NCBI RefSeq assembly: GCF_006345805.1
Contig: NC_043007.1
Span: forward strand, 43,028,001 to 43,092,000
Length of the DNA: 64,000 nucleotides
Reading direction: 5' to 3'
Origin: Octopus sinensis
Taxonomy: Eukaryota
The position numbers were made by a program, and so were the translations under genes. This document shows, piece by piece, positions 49,624 to 63,574 of this stretch. The number at the start of each line of letters is the position of its first letter. The first letter of the stretch is position 1. The notes below the pieces were generated by a model. That model made no database searches. It had not been told where the DNA came from and saw only the letters and a program-made list of their open reading frames with translations.

Positions 49624-51340
49624 CTGAAATGAAACAAAAAGGGTTCACATATAAAAATAAATATATATGTCTGTTTTTTTGTAGTGCAAAAATATAAAAC
49701 TACTCAATACAACTTTGTTGTAAGAAGTGTTTAAGAGTCTGTTTTACATATACATATATATATATATATACACACACACATTGCAGTGCCCATAAACAAA
49801 TGATTCTCTAAACAAACAAATTGAATAACAAATGGTTTTTTCCCAAAAGAAAATTGAAGTCACATTACAAGCTGTAATTCAATCAATGAATTGCAATCAG
49901 ACTATGAGCATGTAGAAGTGATAAGGAACTCATTTGCTTAATGAGATGAAATTTGAACAACAAAACCACAAAAAGGGACAACATATACACACAGCATGAG
50001 TAAACTATGCATGCATATAAGTAATTGGGAGTTTGTGTGCCAATCGTTTATTAGCAACCATGTATGCATTTCATTTGTGTAACTTAGAAATTTTCAAAAA
50101 GAAGAGATAGTTATGACTTAAAGGCCTTTGGCCATAGGTGTGCTCAATAAGAGTTGACAAGGGGCTAAACAACAACTGCCCATATATCCCTAAAAACAAA
50201 TGAATAAATAGATAAATAAAATCACTGGTGTTTTGTTTTCTTATGAAATATATAGCTGTTGTTTAGCCTCATGTCATATGATCAAAAGAATTCCAACCAC
50301 GGCCATCATGTCTTTATCCTATGTGCAAGGAACCCAAAATCATTATCCAATATGTCATTTCTTTTTTAAATATGTTCAGGTACAATTTGAGGAAGAACTG
50401 GCTCCTGCTTCCAGCTGATGGAGTGATCCGGTAGAGGCTCCCTTTCTCATTGGTTTAATAAATATATGGTGGAAGTTTATAGCATAAATTTAAGGTGACT
50501 ACTCACTTTATCATCCATACACATATTCTTAATTTATGACAGCCAAATTTCAGAGTTATCTCCCCACCTATCTCTCTATCTCTATCTCAAACACACACAC
50601 ACACACACACTTCCACAGTCATCCACTAGTCAATAAAAATGTATGCCTGTATCAACAGATGATGTTTTTAATACTTGGTGATGTTTGTGAAGAGGAAGTT
50701 GCTTCTGTTGGTGAGTGAACAGCTCATAGCAACGCTGACTGGCAAGAAATGTCTCAAATTATTGATTGGTCTCTAGATTGATTTTGAGACACAGACCACA
50801 CACACACACACACACACATGCACATACACACACAAACAAACAAATGTGGGAGTGTTGTCATTGGAAACAATGGACAGTAATAATTAGGCTTTACTAAAGG
50901 GAGCAGAAAGAAGAAAGAATTGTCTGAAAAATATTAGCTTCAAGTATTGATGCAAATGATTAAGGAATGCAGCAGAACGTCTCCTGTTACTGTTGTTGTT
51001 GTTGTTGTTTGTAATGTTTTTGTAAGCATGTTTTCTGTTATTGTTGCACACTGATGCTTGTTTTATTATTGGTGCAGTAGTAAAATATTAGAGAGAATAT
51101 TAATTTGTAAAGGCAAATAGCTTTTCAGTGTATCAATGCCATTGGGTAGTGATAGAGGCTTTGGTGATAAGAGGAAATGTTGATGTTATTGTTGTGAGAA
51201 TGTTTACAATTGTATTTGTCATAACTGATTACAGTTCTTGATGCAGATGATGACAAGTAAATGATGGTAGTTCAGAGTTGATCATGTAGATAAAATATTG
51301 TTTTCATCCCAAACATAAGCTCCTTTATTTATAACTCCAT

Positions 51341-51377
<37 letters not shown>

Positions 51378-51653
51378 CTTTCTCTCTCTCTCTCACTTTT
51401 TTTTTTTTTTGTAGATGCTTAAATCCAGAAAATTCTGAGAGATGGTCAACAAAGTTAATCCCTAAGGGATTGTGAACTTGAAAATTTATTTATAAATCAT
51501 CATCTGCAACCACCAAATTCTTGGAATACAGATGGCTCTTCCAAGGTCTCTGGGGATTTTTAACTGTCAGTTAGGACCTTCTATCTTTATTGGTATCATA
51601 GACAATGCGAGTGGTTTCCCATGGCCCTCTCAAATTGCAGTATAAATAATTGT

Positions 51654-51703
<50 letters not shown>

Positions 51704-51714
51704 TGTGTGTGTGT

Positions 51715-51758
<44 letters not shown>

Positions 51759-52305
51759 GCATGCACACACGCATGCAAGCAAGAGGAAGAAGATGGCAAA
51801 GATGACCTCAGCAAGATTTGAACTTAGCATGCAGAGAACTGGAATAACAATAATGGCTACTGTATTAAAAGGTTGTAAAGGTTTACTAAACTGTTAGTTC
51901 TGTAAGCAAAAATGGACTTCTGTCTCTATACAAATTTCATTTGGTGTATATAAAATCTGTGGTGTATGGCAGTGAAATATAGGGATATAAGCAAAGAAGA
52001 AATAAAATGGCTAAAAAAATTAACTGAATAAGATTCTTTAGATATACAATATTGATTTATGAGAAAGATTGATCATATGTGAGTAGAGAAAGCTACTAGG
52101 ATTCAGCTATGTATTGGAGAGAGAGCACTGGTATGGAGAGATATTATGTGAAAAGATGGTACAAGCTAGGCATGTAAAATGTGAGCTGATAGTATAAGGA
52201 GATTTATAATATAGAGACTAAGAAACATTTGGAATGAAGTCAGAATTGATATAAAATGAAGAAACATATTGTAAACCTACCCAACCCAGCATAGAAAATG
52301 GATAT

Positions 52306-52496
52306 TTAACCCTTTAGCATTCAGATTATTCTGTCAAATGTAATGCTTATGTCATAAAATTGTTTTGAAGATGTGACAGTCTGTTTTTAGAATGACATTG
52401 TAGATAGTTGTGAAACGCTCAGTTAGGTCAGTTTGAACAATAAAACAGGTAGAATGTTTTGGTCAGATATGGCTGGTTTAAATGCTAAAGGGTTAA
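52306..52496. mobile_element. piggyBac-type MITE
   Basis: TTAA-ccctttagcatt ... aatgctaaaggg-TTAA: perfect 12-bp TIR with TTAA target duplication. Confidence 0.88.
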
Positions 52497-55031
52497 ACAA
52501 AAAACAAATAATGACAATAATAATACTTTCTATTAAAATTTTAGGTGAGGGGGCAAGTCTATTACATGCCCCCCCCACACACACACACTGCTTAACTGTT
52601 ACTTACTAAATTTATTGATCCCAAAAGGATGAAAGACAATTTGAATTCAGAATGTGCAGACAGACAAAATACTGCTAAGCATTTTACCCAGTGTGCTAAT
52701 TATTCTGCCAGCTTGCCACTTTAAATGATGACAATAATAATGGCACTTGAATAGGTGGGTTTATCTTTACAAGGTACAACAAAGCTGGATCAAGATATGT
52801 TAAAAAAAAGAAAGAAAAGACAATGAAAATGTATTATATTTACTTGACTATATGACTGTGAAGTTAAGGCAACTGTAACATTTTGTACCTAAAAACCATT
52901 GGTATGTTTTATTCTCTTGTCTTTTTTCTACAATCAAGTATAATGCTAACTACCCACCTCCAGTCTTTGAATCTGATTTCTTTAATATTGAATTTCTCAT
53001 GTTATACAAGTAAATACAATAATTGCTATTGTTGCTGTCCTTGAAGCCCTGGATATTCCTGACTGAGTGGACCTATAATCAAAAGCACTCTAGCTATGAC
53101 CATGCCATCCTTTTTCCCATTGGCACAGTCCTCTGGCTTGGTAGCCCTTATCAAACCATCACACCCATGCCAGCATAGAAAACACATACTAAATTATGAT
53201 GATATAGATGACTATAATTTATCTAAGACTAAATTATCCATGTATCATATTTTTTTTCAAAGACAATAGGGTATGATTTTTAAGGTGATTTAATTGTTAT
53301 TTCTAACAGGTTGAGCAACCTTGTAGAAGTTACATTACTGACTCAATAACTTCCCTATCCAGCCTATTGGCTTGATAGAACCCCCCACCCTCATTGATTC
53401 ACTAGTTATGCTTTCATTGATGACACCATAGCTCAATAACAAGAGTGTTCATAAGGATCATTATAGTTTCCCTACTTATGTTTTCATAATATCAGCTCCT
53501 TTAAAATATTAATTTCACACAATATTAAGTTTCAGAGACTGTACATTTTAAAAGATTTCAGTCTTTCAAAAGAATTCAAAGGATGTGTGATTAAGGAGCT
53601 GTACTGCTTATTGCAATGTCTTAAGTTCACAACTTGCTATAACTTTTGGTTGTGTACTTAGAGCTAAAGCACTTTGCTCCACAGTAGATGGTGGATTAGA
53701 TTATGGTGTTAGATTACTAACTGATAAGTCTTGAGCTTGAATCCACTGTATATCTTTCAGTGTATATTCAGATACAATGCTTAATTCTACATACACTCTG
53801 TTTATCTGTTTATGTGAAAGACACATATAGCCCTGCATGTCATAGGAGGTAACACAAAGAGTTAGCAACAAGAAGAGCATCTGATCATAAAATATCGCTT
53901 TGATTAGAAATGTTCCTCAAGGCCAACTAGACTTTAGTAGGTAAAAGGGCCTAAAAATATTTGTTGATTATTGTATTTAATTGGACATATCTCTGCCCAC
54001 CAGGTTGTACCAGATCATTTGTCAACCACTGTAGAACATTGGGGGATTTATTTGTCATTTATTTAATTAACCACAGCTAACCACTGGCCCTTTTAAGGCC
54101 TCTCAGGATTTAGCAAACATACAATGTTTTCTTTTTCTTTTATTGTTTTTTCTTTACCTTAATCTTCTCAGCTCAGTCTCTTAAGCTAAACAGTCATTAG
54201 AGTATCAGTCAAAATGCTTTGTGTTCTAAGCCAAATCCCATCATGGTCAACTTTACCTTTCATCTTTCCTGGTATGATAAATAGAAGTACCAGTTTAGAG
54301 TGACAGACTTGCAAAAGCATTAAAGCATTATTGAGAAGCTTTTGTTTTTTGTATTCTGAGTTCAAATTCTGCTGGAATCAATCTGGTTGGTAGACTTAAT
54401 TCCTTGCCCAGTTTAATATCACGACCTGGTCTTTGGATAACTTTAGCAGGGCCACTCAAATTGTAAGTATTTAGATCAAGTATCTAGTTTAAGTATATCT
54501 TCTCTCTCCCTCCCATCCAGTCTCAAAGACCCTGAAAAGGTATCAGGAGTACTACCATTTTTTTATACTTGAAAAAAGAAAGAAACCAAGAGTAAAAATA
54601 ATAAAGTAAATAAATAAATAAAACAGAATCTAGGGAGAAACATTTGCTCTTTGTTTCTTCTAATACAACTGGATAAGCCCAAAATATCACATTGCTCTAT
54701 TCCACATTACAAACAAATTTATCTCAATTAATGTGTTTCCAGTACTTTCAGTTTAAAAACCAGATATGCTTCATCTTCTGGATATCGTTTGTAACTTCTT
54801 AATAGTAAATTTCATCAAATTATACTGATGGCTCATTTTATCTTCAAGGCACTGCCTTGAAGGGTTTAGTCAAACAAATCAACTTCACTACTTTTTCTTT
54901 TCAAGCCTGATACTTATTCTATTGGCCTTGTTTTGCTGAACTGTTAAGTTATTGAGATGTAAATAAACCATGAGCAGTTGTTGAGCAGTGGTGAGGGACA
55001 AAGGGACAAACACAAACACAATGACACACAA

Positions 55032-55102
<71 letters not shown>

Positions 55103-55126
55103 CATACATACATACATATGTATGTG

Positions 55127-55197
<71 letters not shown>

Positions 55198-56199
55198 CAT
55201 ACACATATATGATGAGCTTCTTCCAGTTTCCATCTACCAAATCCACAGGACTTAGGTTGGCCCAGGGCTATAGTAGAAGATACCCAAAGTGCCATGTACT
55301 AAAACTGAACCCTGAAACATGTGGCTAGGAAGTGATCTTTTTAACAAGCTTGTACTTATTTCAAAGACATCTATAAAATTCAACTGCACCTATTTATTTA
55401 TTAGTTATAAATTTACTGCTGGGTGCATTCCATAAATAACTTGACCATTCATTATTAATATACAATATGGGTACATATCACAAGTTATTACAAATACATA
55501 CATATTCTATGTGTGGGCATGCATACATGTGTGCATGTATTTATATGTAATGGGTATTCTATACAAGACTATATTTCAAGCATTATTTGAAAACATTTAC
55601 AAGGTTGTTGTTTCTAGAGAATTTGCAGAGTTAACAACTGCAGAATTGTGTAATCGGATTACAGTTAACTTTGGCCTCATCAAAACCCTGAATACTTTCT
55701 CACTTATATCTGTTTATATCATTATATCTGTTATCCAAAATAAATCATGTGATGGTAAATATTTAGGTTATCCTAAAGGAAATTTTTTAAAAGCAAAGCT
55801 AAAAATTTATTTCTTATATAAAAGTAATGTATAATATATCATTTATGTTATGTCATGTAATTCTTCACATGTGAGCACACATGCATGTGTGTGTGTGGCA
55901 TGTGTGCATTTATGTATACACACAAATCCGTCATATGCATATAGAGTTACATCCACAGAGAGAAAAAAACATGTTTTTGTTTTATGTTGTTCATCAGTGG
56001 AAGGATGAAAATCTATTAGACTTCAGCAAAATTTCAAATCACAACATAAGGGGACATGAATAAATAACACAAGGCATTTGTCTGATGCTCTACTGATATG
56101 TTTATGCATAATAATAGAATATATCTTCTAATACTTAATGACATCTACTAAATACATGTAAATACACACACACATACATAAATAAATATCGAAATTAAA

Positions 56200-56595
56200 T
56201 TCAATGACTGGCATCTGTGCTAGTGGAGCACTAAGAGCACCATTCGAGCGTGATCATTGCCAGAGCAGCTAACTGGCTTCCATGCCGGTGGCATGTAAAA
56301 AACACCATTTGAGCATGATCGTTACCAGCATCGCCTTACTAGCACTTGTGCTGGTGGCATGTGAAAAAACGAGGTCGTTGCCAGTGCCGATGAACTGGCC
56401 CTCATGCTGATGGCATGTAAAAGCACCCACTACACTCTCGGAGTGGTTGGCTTTAGGAAGGGCATCCAGCTGTAGAAACTCTGCCAGATTGAGATTGAAG
56501 TCTGGTGCAGCCATCTGGTTCGCCAGTCCTCAGTCAAATCATCCAACCCATGCTAGCATGGAAAGCAGATGTTAAATGATGATGATGATGATGCT
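56200..56595 (+). mobile_element. RTE 3' UTR/tail-only copy with several decayed ~60-bp units
   Basis: Repeated ggcatgtaaaa..cacc units, then ggaagggcatccagctgtagaaac...ccatgctagcatgg and (GAT)n. Confidence 0.85.
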
Positions 56596-58362
56596 GATGA
56601 CACACATCAGATCTATACTGTGATTTGAACTTGGAAACTCTTGGCTTCCAAACATGAAATGTTGTAACTAGTATTTTGTCACATCAGTAAAAATATGATC
56701 AAAAATTTTCTAAGAATTTTTGGAATCTGGTCAAAACAACATGTAAATGTGATGATGTCAAAAAAAAATCTAACCAATGACGCTCAACAGCTACACATCC
56801 TACTCTTTAAATGATGTTAGCAAAAATTCTAACAAATCCAAAATTCTTTTTTCACTGTCATTGTCATCATCACATGCAAGCAAAAGTTGAATAGTTTCAC
56901 AGGATCTGATGGGCCCAAAGACTGCATTATGCTCCAGTGTTTGTTTGGCATGGTTTCCATGACTGGATGCCCTTCCTCATGCCAATCACTTAACAGAGTA
57001 CCATCAGCACTTGTAAGGTTACCATGCAGCTTGCAAGATTAAGGGAGGGGAACTTTATACTGGGAAGATAAGGAGTAGAGAGAGGTGAGGCATGTGAGAA
57101 AGGGCTAGAGTAGAAAGGATTTCTTACTGTAGAGGGGCAGTACAACCACCCACATTTTAGAAGAGAGGGTGGAGTGGGAAGTTGGAAAGTGATATAAGTG
57201 GTAATGAGGTGTCAGAGTGTACCTTGAAGGTGCAAGGTGGGTAGGAACAGGTGAAGCAAGGGTACCAAGAATGAGTGTATGAGTGGAGTAAGGGATGTCT
57301 GATAGTGCAGAGCAGTAGAATAGAAATGATGATACAGTATACATGGGGGTAAAAGGGAGACATCCTGGTGGGTAGGTTGCAGGGGTGGGTGGGGAAGACA
57401 GGCAGGTGCAGAGTATGAGAGATTGAAACATATGGAGGTAGGAGAGAAGGGATATTTTGGTGGCAAAGTAGGAGTGGGTGGGTTATCAATGAAAATATGG
57501 ATGGAGATCAGTATTAAAGGACAACAATGGAGAACAAATGAAAATTGTTGATTGAAAATTATTCAAGCTTTGCTTATGCTAATCACAGCTTATAAAAAGT
57601 GTAGCAAACAGCTTGCAAAGGAACAAAGTTTGACAGAGGTAGGAACATACTTGATCAGTGAGCAACAAGTTGATGAGATAAAAGCTATTGGCAGGTAAAA
57701 ACGACAGAAGCAAACAGTCATAAGCAACAGAGCATGACTGCAAATGAAATTCTTTCTCTAACAGATACCACCAACCAACAGGCCACCATAACTTTTCTCT
57801 TCCGAACCTGTTTCAAAAACATGACTATCAGCAAAATATAAGAAATCCTTCATAAGCTAACCACTCCAGTATATCAATATTCATCACCACACAGCAAAAA
57901 TTCCTACATGATATTGTAAAATGAACTCTGTCTTTTGATGCTCTGTTTTTTCTTTCTAAAGTAACAATAGATATGTGATGAAGAACAGACTTCAACTTTT
58001 ATTCATTTCATCACCATACTGTTACACACACAAAAAAAAATAGTTTCCAAATTAAGAAAAGGTTAAAGAGAAATTAATATTCAAAAGACCACAGCAGCCA
58101 GTAAGAAAGGCAATTTCTAAAACAATATAAATTAACAGTAATGGCTAAATATTTATTCATTGAAGATCTAGTGACCACCATCATCACTTTAATGAAAGTT
58201 TGTTTGTAACAGTAGTGCAGGGTCAGTACAGAGTGCCGGCAACAGGCCCAGACTTTGGGGCGACAACAAGTAACTTGACTCTTTTGTAAAGTCTTAGCAG
58301 GTCATGTCACTGTCACATACGTTACCTAGTTACCATACTCAGATATACATACACACACACAA

Positions 58363-58399
<37 letters not shown>

Positions 58400-60224
58400 A
58401 CACACACACACACACACACAACATTTATAATGAATAGCTAACAGTACAACGAAAAATATATATTACAATAAATGTCAGTAAGTGTTCATGTGTTGGTATA
58501 GGTGTTAAACGCATTATGTGGTGTTGTGAAATACCTACCATGTGGAAAGAGAAAGAGAGCAACAAGTGCACAGATAAAGAAACACACGTGTGCATGAACA
58601 ATCATATGCACACACAATACAGCATTTTTTTGAATATCTTTAAACATACAAAATACACACAAAAGTTTGCACAAAGGCACAAGAATTATTCAATGAGTAT
58701 CATGCATCCACGATACACAGATAGACACATCACACACACGCCATGTGCAAGAAGACACATATGAATGTCATACTTTCACACACACACATATCTATGATGG
58801 GTGGTTCCTGGTATGTCAACCAGTATATATATTAAAAATCAAAGCCTTATAATTGAAATAGGATATATATATAGCATACATTGCATGGATTCTATTTCTA
58901 CCTGTCTCTCATAAAAATGAAAAACATATTAAAATCTGTCTTGTTATTCACATTCAGTTTTGCATGCCTTGAATTCATACAGGAAACACTATTGCTTGCA
59001 TATATGCATGTGTGCATGTGTGTGTACAAGTGTGGATACACAAACATTTAAATGTGTATGTAAAATAATAGTTGTTCAACATTATTTAGGCTAATAATTA
59101 TTTAGCCATAATTTGGAGGAAGGATTAAAGCCCACCAGAAACTTAAAAGCTCAGAATATATTCAACCCAATCCCCATCATGAAACTGCACTGTTTTCTGT
59201 TAATCTTACTGGCATTTCTCATTAGAACAATACCAAATGTCAAGATGACTTGAAAATGACAGACAATTCAAAACACTAGAAGTACTCATGGCTTTGTTTT
59301 TCTATAGGGACTTAATAAATAGTTGGTTATTTATGCAAGGAAGATCAAGCATGCATAAAACATCATCTTTATCCATATAAAAATCAATGCAATACCAGCG
59401 ATATTGCCCAATCTACTTTTGTTTTATACTATTTGCCTTTCATCCTTCAGGAATTGAATATTGGATTGATGTAATCAACAATATTTGAGACATAATATCA
59501 TTATTTGTTTTTATTCTTTCTTTTGCAGGCTTTACACAATCTCCTACTGGGCTATTACCTGTAGCCTGGGGCAAGAGAAAGTGATGAGAAGTTGTTCCAG
59601 CTACCTGCTTAAGGGGTAACAAAAAACCCCATATTATTTACATGAAGAAACGTGTTTTGTACATATGATTTGATGCTGAATATATATGAAGGTAGATAAA
59701 GCTTTAAATTTAAATTTGATAGAGAAGGCCTATTTTCAAGGTATGTCACATTCATTTTCAAGTAATCTGTAATTCATATTTTTAGCAGGTTAATATGTAC
59801 AGTGCAGATTAATATTAATTTTTGAATTTCCTGGAAAGTCAGTTCTCCTGAGATGTTTCTTACATATTTTTCTTACCATATCTAAGGCTCATCAGATGAG
59901 TGGCACTGTTTTTCTTTTAAGGAGTCACATCTGTAAGTCTTTGGTTGTTTTTTTATTAAACTTTTTCTTCTGAAGGTTTTTTTCTTTATTTTCTAGAATC
60001 ATTAGAGCATTGGAAAAATTGCAGTGCTTGCTTTTGGTCTTTTTATAGTGTGAGCTCAAATCCTGCAAGGTCAACTTTGCTTTTCGTCCTTCTGGAGATG
60101 GTAAAATAAAATAACAGTAAAGTACTGCTGTCAATAGTATTGACTAATCCTCTCCCTTCAAAATTGCTGGGGTTGTGTCCAAATCAGAAACAGCTATCAT
60201 CATCCCCATCATCCTTATTAAAGC

Positions 60225-60440
60225 AGTGAGCTGGCAGAAACTTTAGCACACCGGGCAAAATGCTTAGCAGTATTTTGCCCATTGCTATGTTCTGAGTTCA
60301 AATTCCGCCAAGGTCAACTTTGCCTTTCATCCTTTTGGGGTCAATAAATTAAGTACCAGTCAAGTACTGGAGTCAATGTGATTGACATTCCCCATCCCCC
60401 AAAATTTCAGGCCTTGTGCCTATAATAAAGAGGATTATTA
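60225..60440 (+). mobile_element. tRNA-derived SINE, family C (central gtcaactttgcctttcatcc..ggggtc.ataaa.taagtaccag domain)
   Basis: A-box-like gagctggcagaa, B-box-like gagttcaaattcc and a (TTA)n tail. Related copies at about 7130-7385, 17926-18090, 33525-33745, 34640-34960, 52540-52720 and 62105-62320. Confidence 0.8.
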
Positions 60441-60449
60441 TTATCATCA

Positions 60450-60480
<31 letters not shown>

Positions 60481-60492
60481 AATTATTATTAT

Positions 60493-61766
60493 AATAACAA
60501 CATTCTGAGTTCAAATTTCATTGAGGTTGACTTTGCCTTTCATCATTTCAGAGCTGACAAGATAAATACCAGTTGAGCACTGGGGTTGATATAATCAACT
60601 AGTCCTCACCTCACAAATTTTTGGCCTTGTACCTATAGTAGAAAGAGTTATTATTATTAAACATATTATTAATATCGCAATAAATAAGGCAGTGAGCTGG
60701 TAGAATTGTTAGCACACTGGGAAAAATGCTTTGCAGCATTTCATCTGTCTTTATGAGTTCAAATTCCGCCAGGGTTGATTTTTACCTTTCCATCATTAAG
60801 TATCTGTCAAGCACTGAGACTGATATAATTGACTAGTCCCCTCCCTCAAAATTTCATGTCTTTTGTCTATAAGGATTATTATTATTATTATTATTATTAT
60901 ATTATTATTATTATTACTATTATTATTATTATTATTATTATAATAACAACATTCTGAGTTCAAATTTCATTGAGGTTGACTTTGCCTTTCATCATTTCAG
61001 AGCTGACAAGATAAATACCAGTTGAGCACTGGGGTTGATATAATCAACTAGTCCTCACCTCACAAATTTTTGGCCTTGTACCTATAGTAGAAAGAGTTAT
61101 TATTATTAAACATATTATTAATATCGCAATAAATAAGGCAGTGAGCTGGTAGAATTGTTAGCACACTGGGAAAAATGCTTTGCAGCATTTCATCTGTCTT
61201 TATGAGTTCAAATTCCGCCAGGGTTGATTTTTACCTTTCCATCATTAAGTATCTGTCAAGCACTGAGACTGATATAATTGACTAGTCCCCTCCCTCAAAA
61301 TTTCATGTCTTTTGTCTATAAGGATTATTATTATTATTATATTATTATTATTATTATTACTATTATTATTATAATTATTATTATAATAACAACATTCTGA
61401 GTTCAAATTTCATTGAGGTTGACTTTGCCTTTCATCATTTCAGAGCTGACAAGATAAATACCAGTTGAGCACTGGGGTTGATATAATCAACTAGTCCTCA
61501 CCTCACAAATTTTTGGCCTTGTACCTATAGTAGAAAGAGTTATTATTATTAAACATATTATTAATATCGCAATAAATAAGGCAGTGAGCTGGTAGAATTG
61601 TTAGCACACTGGGAAAAATGCTTTGCAGCATTTCATCTGTCTTTATGAGTTCAAATTCCGCCAGGGTTGATTTTTACCTTTCCATCATTAAGTATCTGTC
61701 AAGCACTGAGACTGATATAATTGACTAGTCCCCTCCCTCAAAATTTCATGTCTTTTGTCTATAAGG

Positions 61767-61799
<33 letters not shown>
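60493..61799. repeat. Three tandem, apparently identical ~385-bp SINE-dimer units separated by variable (TTA)n
   Basis: The anchor aataacaacattctgagttc starts at 60493, 60942 and 61385 (periods 449 and 443 bp). Confidence 0.96.
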
Positions 61800-61800
<1 letters not shown>

Positions 61801-61809
61801 TGCCTGCCT

Positions 61810-62030
61810 GGCCCTTATGCCAGTGGCACATAAAAGCACCCACTACACTCTCGGAGTTGTTGGTGTTAGGAAGGGCATCCAGCAATAGAAACTCTGCCAG
61901 ATCAGATTGGAGCCTGGTGCAGTCACCTGGTTCACCAGTCCTCAGTCAAATCGTCCAACCCATGCTAGCATGGAAAGCAGACATTAAACAATGATGATAA
62001 TGATGATGATGATGATGATGATGATGGTTA
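61810..62030 (+). mobile_element. RTE 3' tail-only copy
   Basis: aaagcacccactacactctcggag...aggaagggcatccagc...ccatgctagcatggaaagc then (GAT)n. Confidence 0.85.
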
Positions 62031-62035
62031 TTATT

Positions 62036-62067
<32 letters not shown>

Positions 62068-62574
62068 AATTATTAAACATACCATTATTATTGAAATAAA
62101 AAAAGTGGTGAACCAGCAGAACCGGCAGCACACCAGACAAAATGCTGAGCTGAATTTAGTCTTTCTTTATGATCTAAATTCAGATTTCACCAAGGTCTAC
62201 ATTGTTTATTGTCTTTTCAGGGTCAATGAAATAAGTACTGAGCACTGGGGGTCAATGTAATTAACTATCCCCACCCCTCAGAACTTTCAGGCCTTGTGCC
62301 TATAGTAGACAGGATTATTATGGCAATAAACAGTAATTATAAAAATATCCTTTTTTTTTATATATATATACCACAAGGATAATGGAAGGGAATGTATGAT
62401 AATAATAATACTGCCGCAATCTTGACAGCTAACAGTTGTCAACTTAGAGCTATGATTTAGAGCCTGTGCTTAGAAGCAAAGTAGATTTAGAAACTGGTTC
62501 CCAAGACAAGCACCAGAGAGGTACAGAAATATTGATTATTTTATCGTAACATCACAACCACCAGTTGCCTGGTC

Positions 62575-62960
62575 GTCGTTGTCATCGTCTTCATCTTCGT
62601 CTTCTTTTTCATCATCATCATCATCATCATCATCTTCTTCTTCTTCAACATCATCTTCTTCTTCATCTTCATCATCATCATCATCATCTTCTTCTTCATC
62701 CTCATCATCATCATCATCATCTTCTTCTCCTTCTTCTTCCTCCACCACCACCACCACCACACCACATACACCATCACCACCACACCACCACCACCACACC
62801 ACTACTACTACATGTAGTAGTAGTAGAAAAATCCACTGCTATAACTTCTGGTAATGCTATCACCACAACTATAACTAGAAACTAGCGGTAGTATTGCACA
62901 CCAACACCGTTACTATGAATACTACTACAACTGCTACTATTACTACTGCTAACACTGCCA
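62575..62960. repeat. Large compound trinucleotide microsatellite (TCA/TCT/CCA/CTA)
   Basis: Direct reading. It produces poly-S, poly-H and poly-D/E ORFs. Confidence 0.95.
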
Positions 62961-63574
62961 GCAACATAAGCACTAGTTGATGCTACCTGTCTGGAGAGAA
63001 TAAAAATACACATTATGATGTAACATATTTTGTGATATAGAGAACAGTAAATATTGAACTACACTGCATGACAAATAAGAATGTGCTCTGTGTGTGTATG
63101 TGTATATATATATGTATGTGTGTGTTTGGTGTGTGTGTGTATATATATATATATATAACGTGTATAGGTACACACATATGCGCACATACACATGCATGTG
63201 GAGAAATTTATTATGAGGAAAATATTTTGGACGCAATTCATTTATAGATATACAGTCATTTATATAACTAGATGCATGTATGTATATATACATATATATC
63301 TCAAGATTAATCAGCCGAAATTGCTAGGATGATTCGGTTCTTGACTGAAGATTGAAGGCTTCGAATGTCCCGTCTGTGTTTTTTGTATCATCTTCTAAAT
63401 GTTTTATGTTCTTGTCCCAGTTTGTATTTTTCTACGTATAATATGTATATATATATATATATATATATATGTTTATATAGACACACATATATATATATAC
63501 ATAAACAAATATATATGTTTATATAGACATATATATATATATATATACACACATATATATACATATACATAATA

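Noticed and set aside
50503-50570. Minus-strand gtgagt donor near 50500 as the exon preceding LamG1
   Set aside because: The phase-2 frame (GCHKLRICVWMIK) does not resemble the expected RSF...LRQR segment, and there is no convincing acceptor.
57105-57900. Pro/His/Leu-rich minus-strand ORFs and a downstream RT-like stretch
   Set aside because: The ORFs reflect purine/pyrimidine strand bias. The region may be a very decayed retroelement, but I could not recover a diagnostic motif.
62900-62990. Strong minus-strand acceptor (ttttattctctccag) as the next upstream CELSR exon
   Set aside because: All frames give stops or low-complexity Ser-rich peptide with no EGF or LamG similarity.
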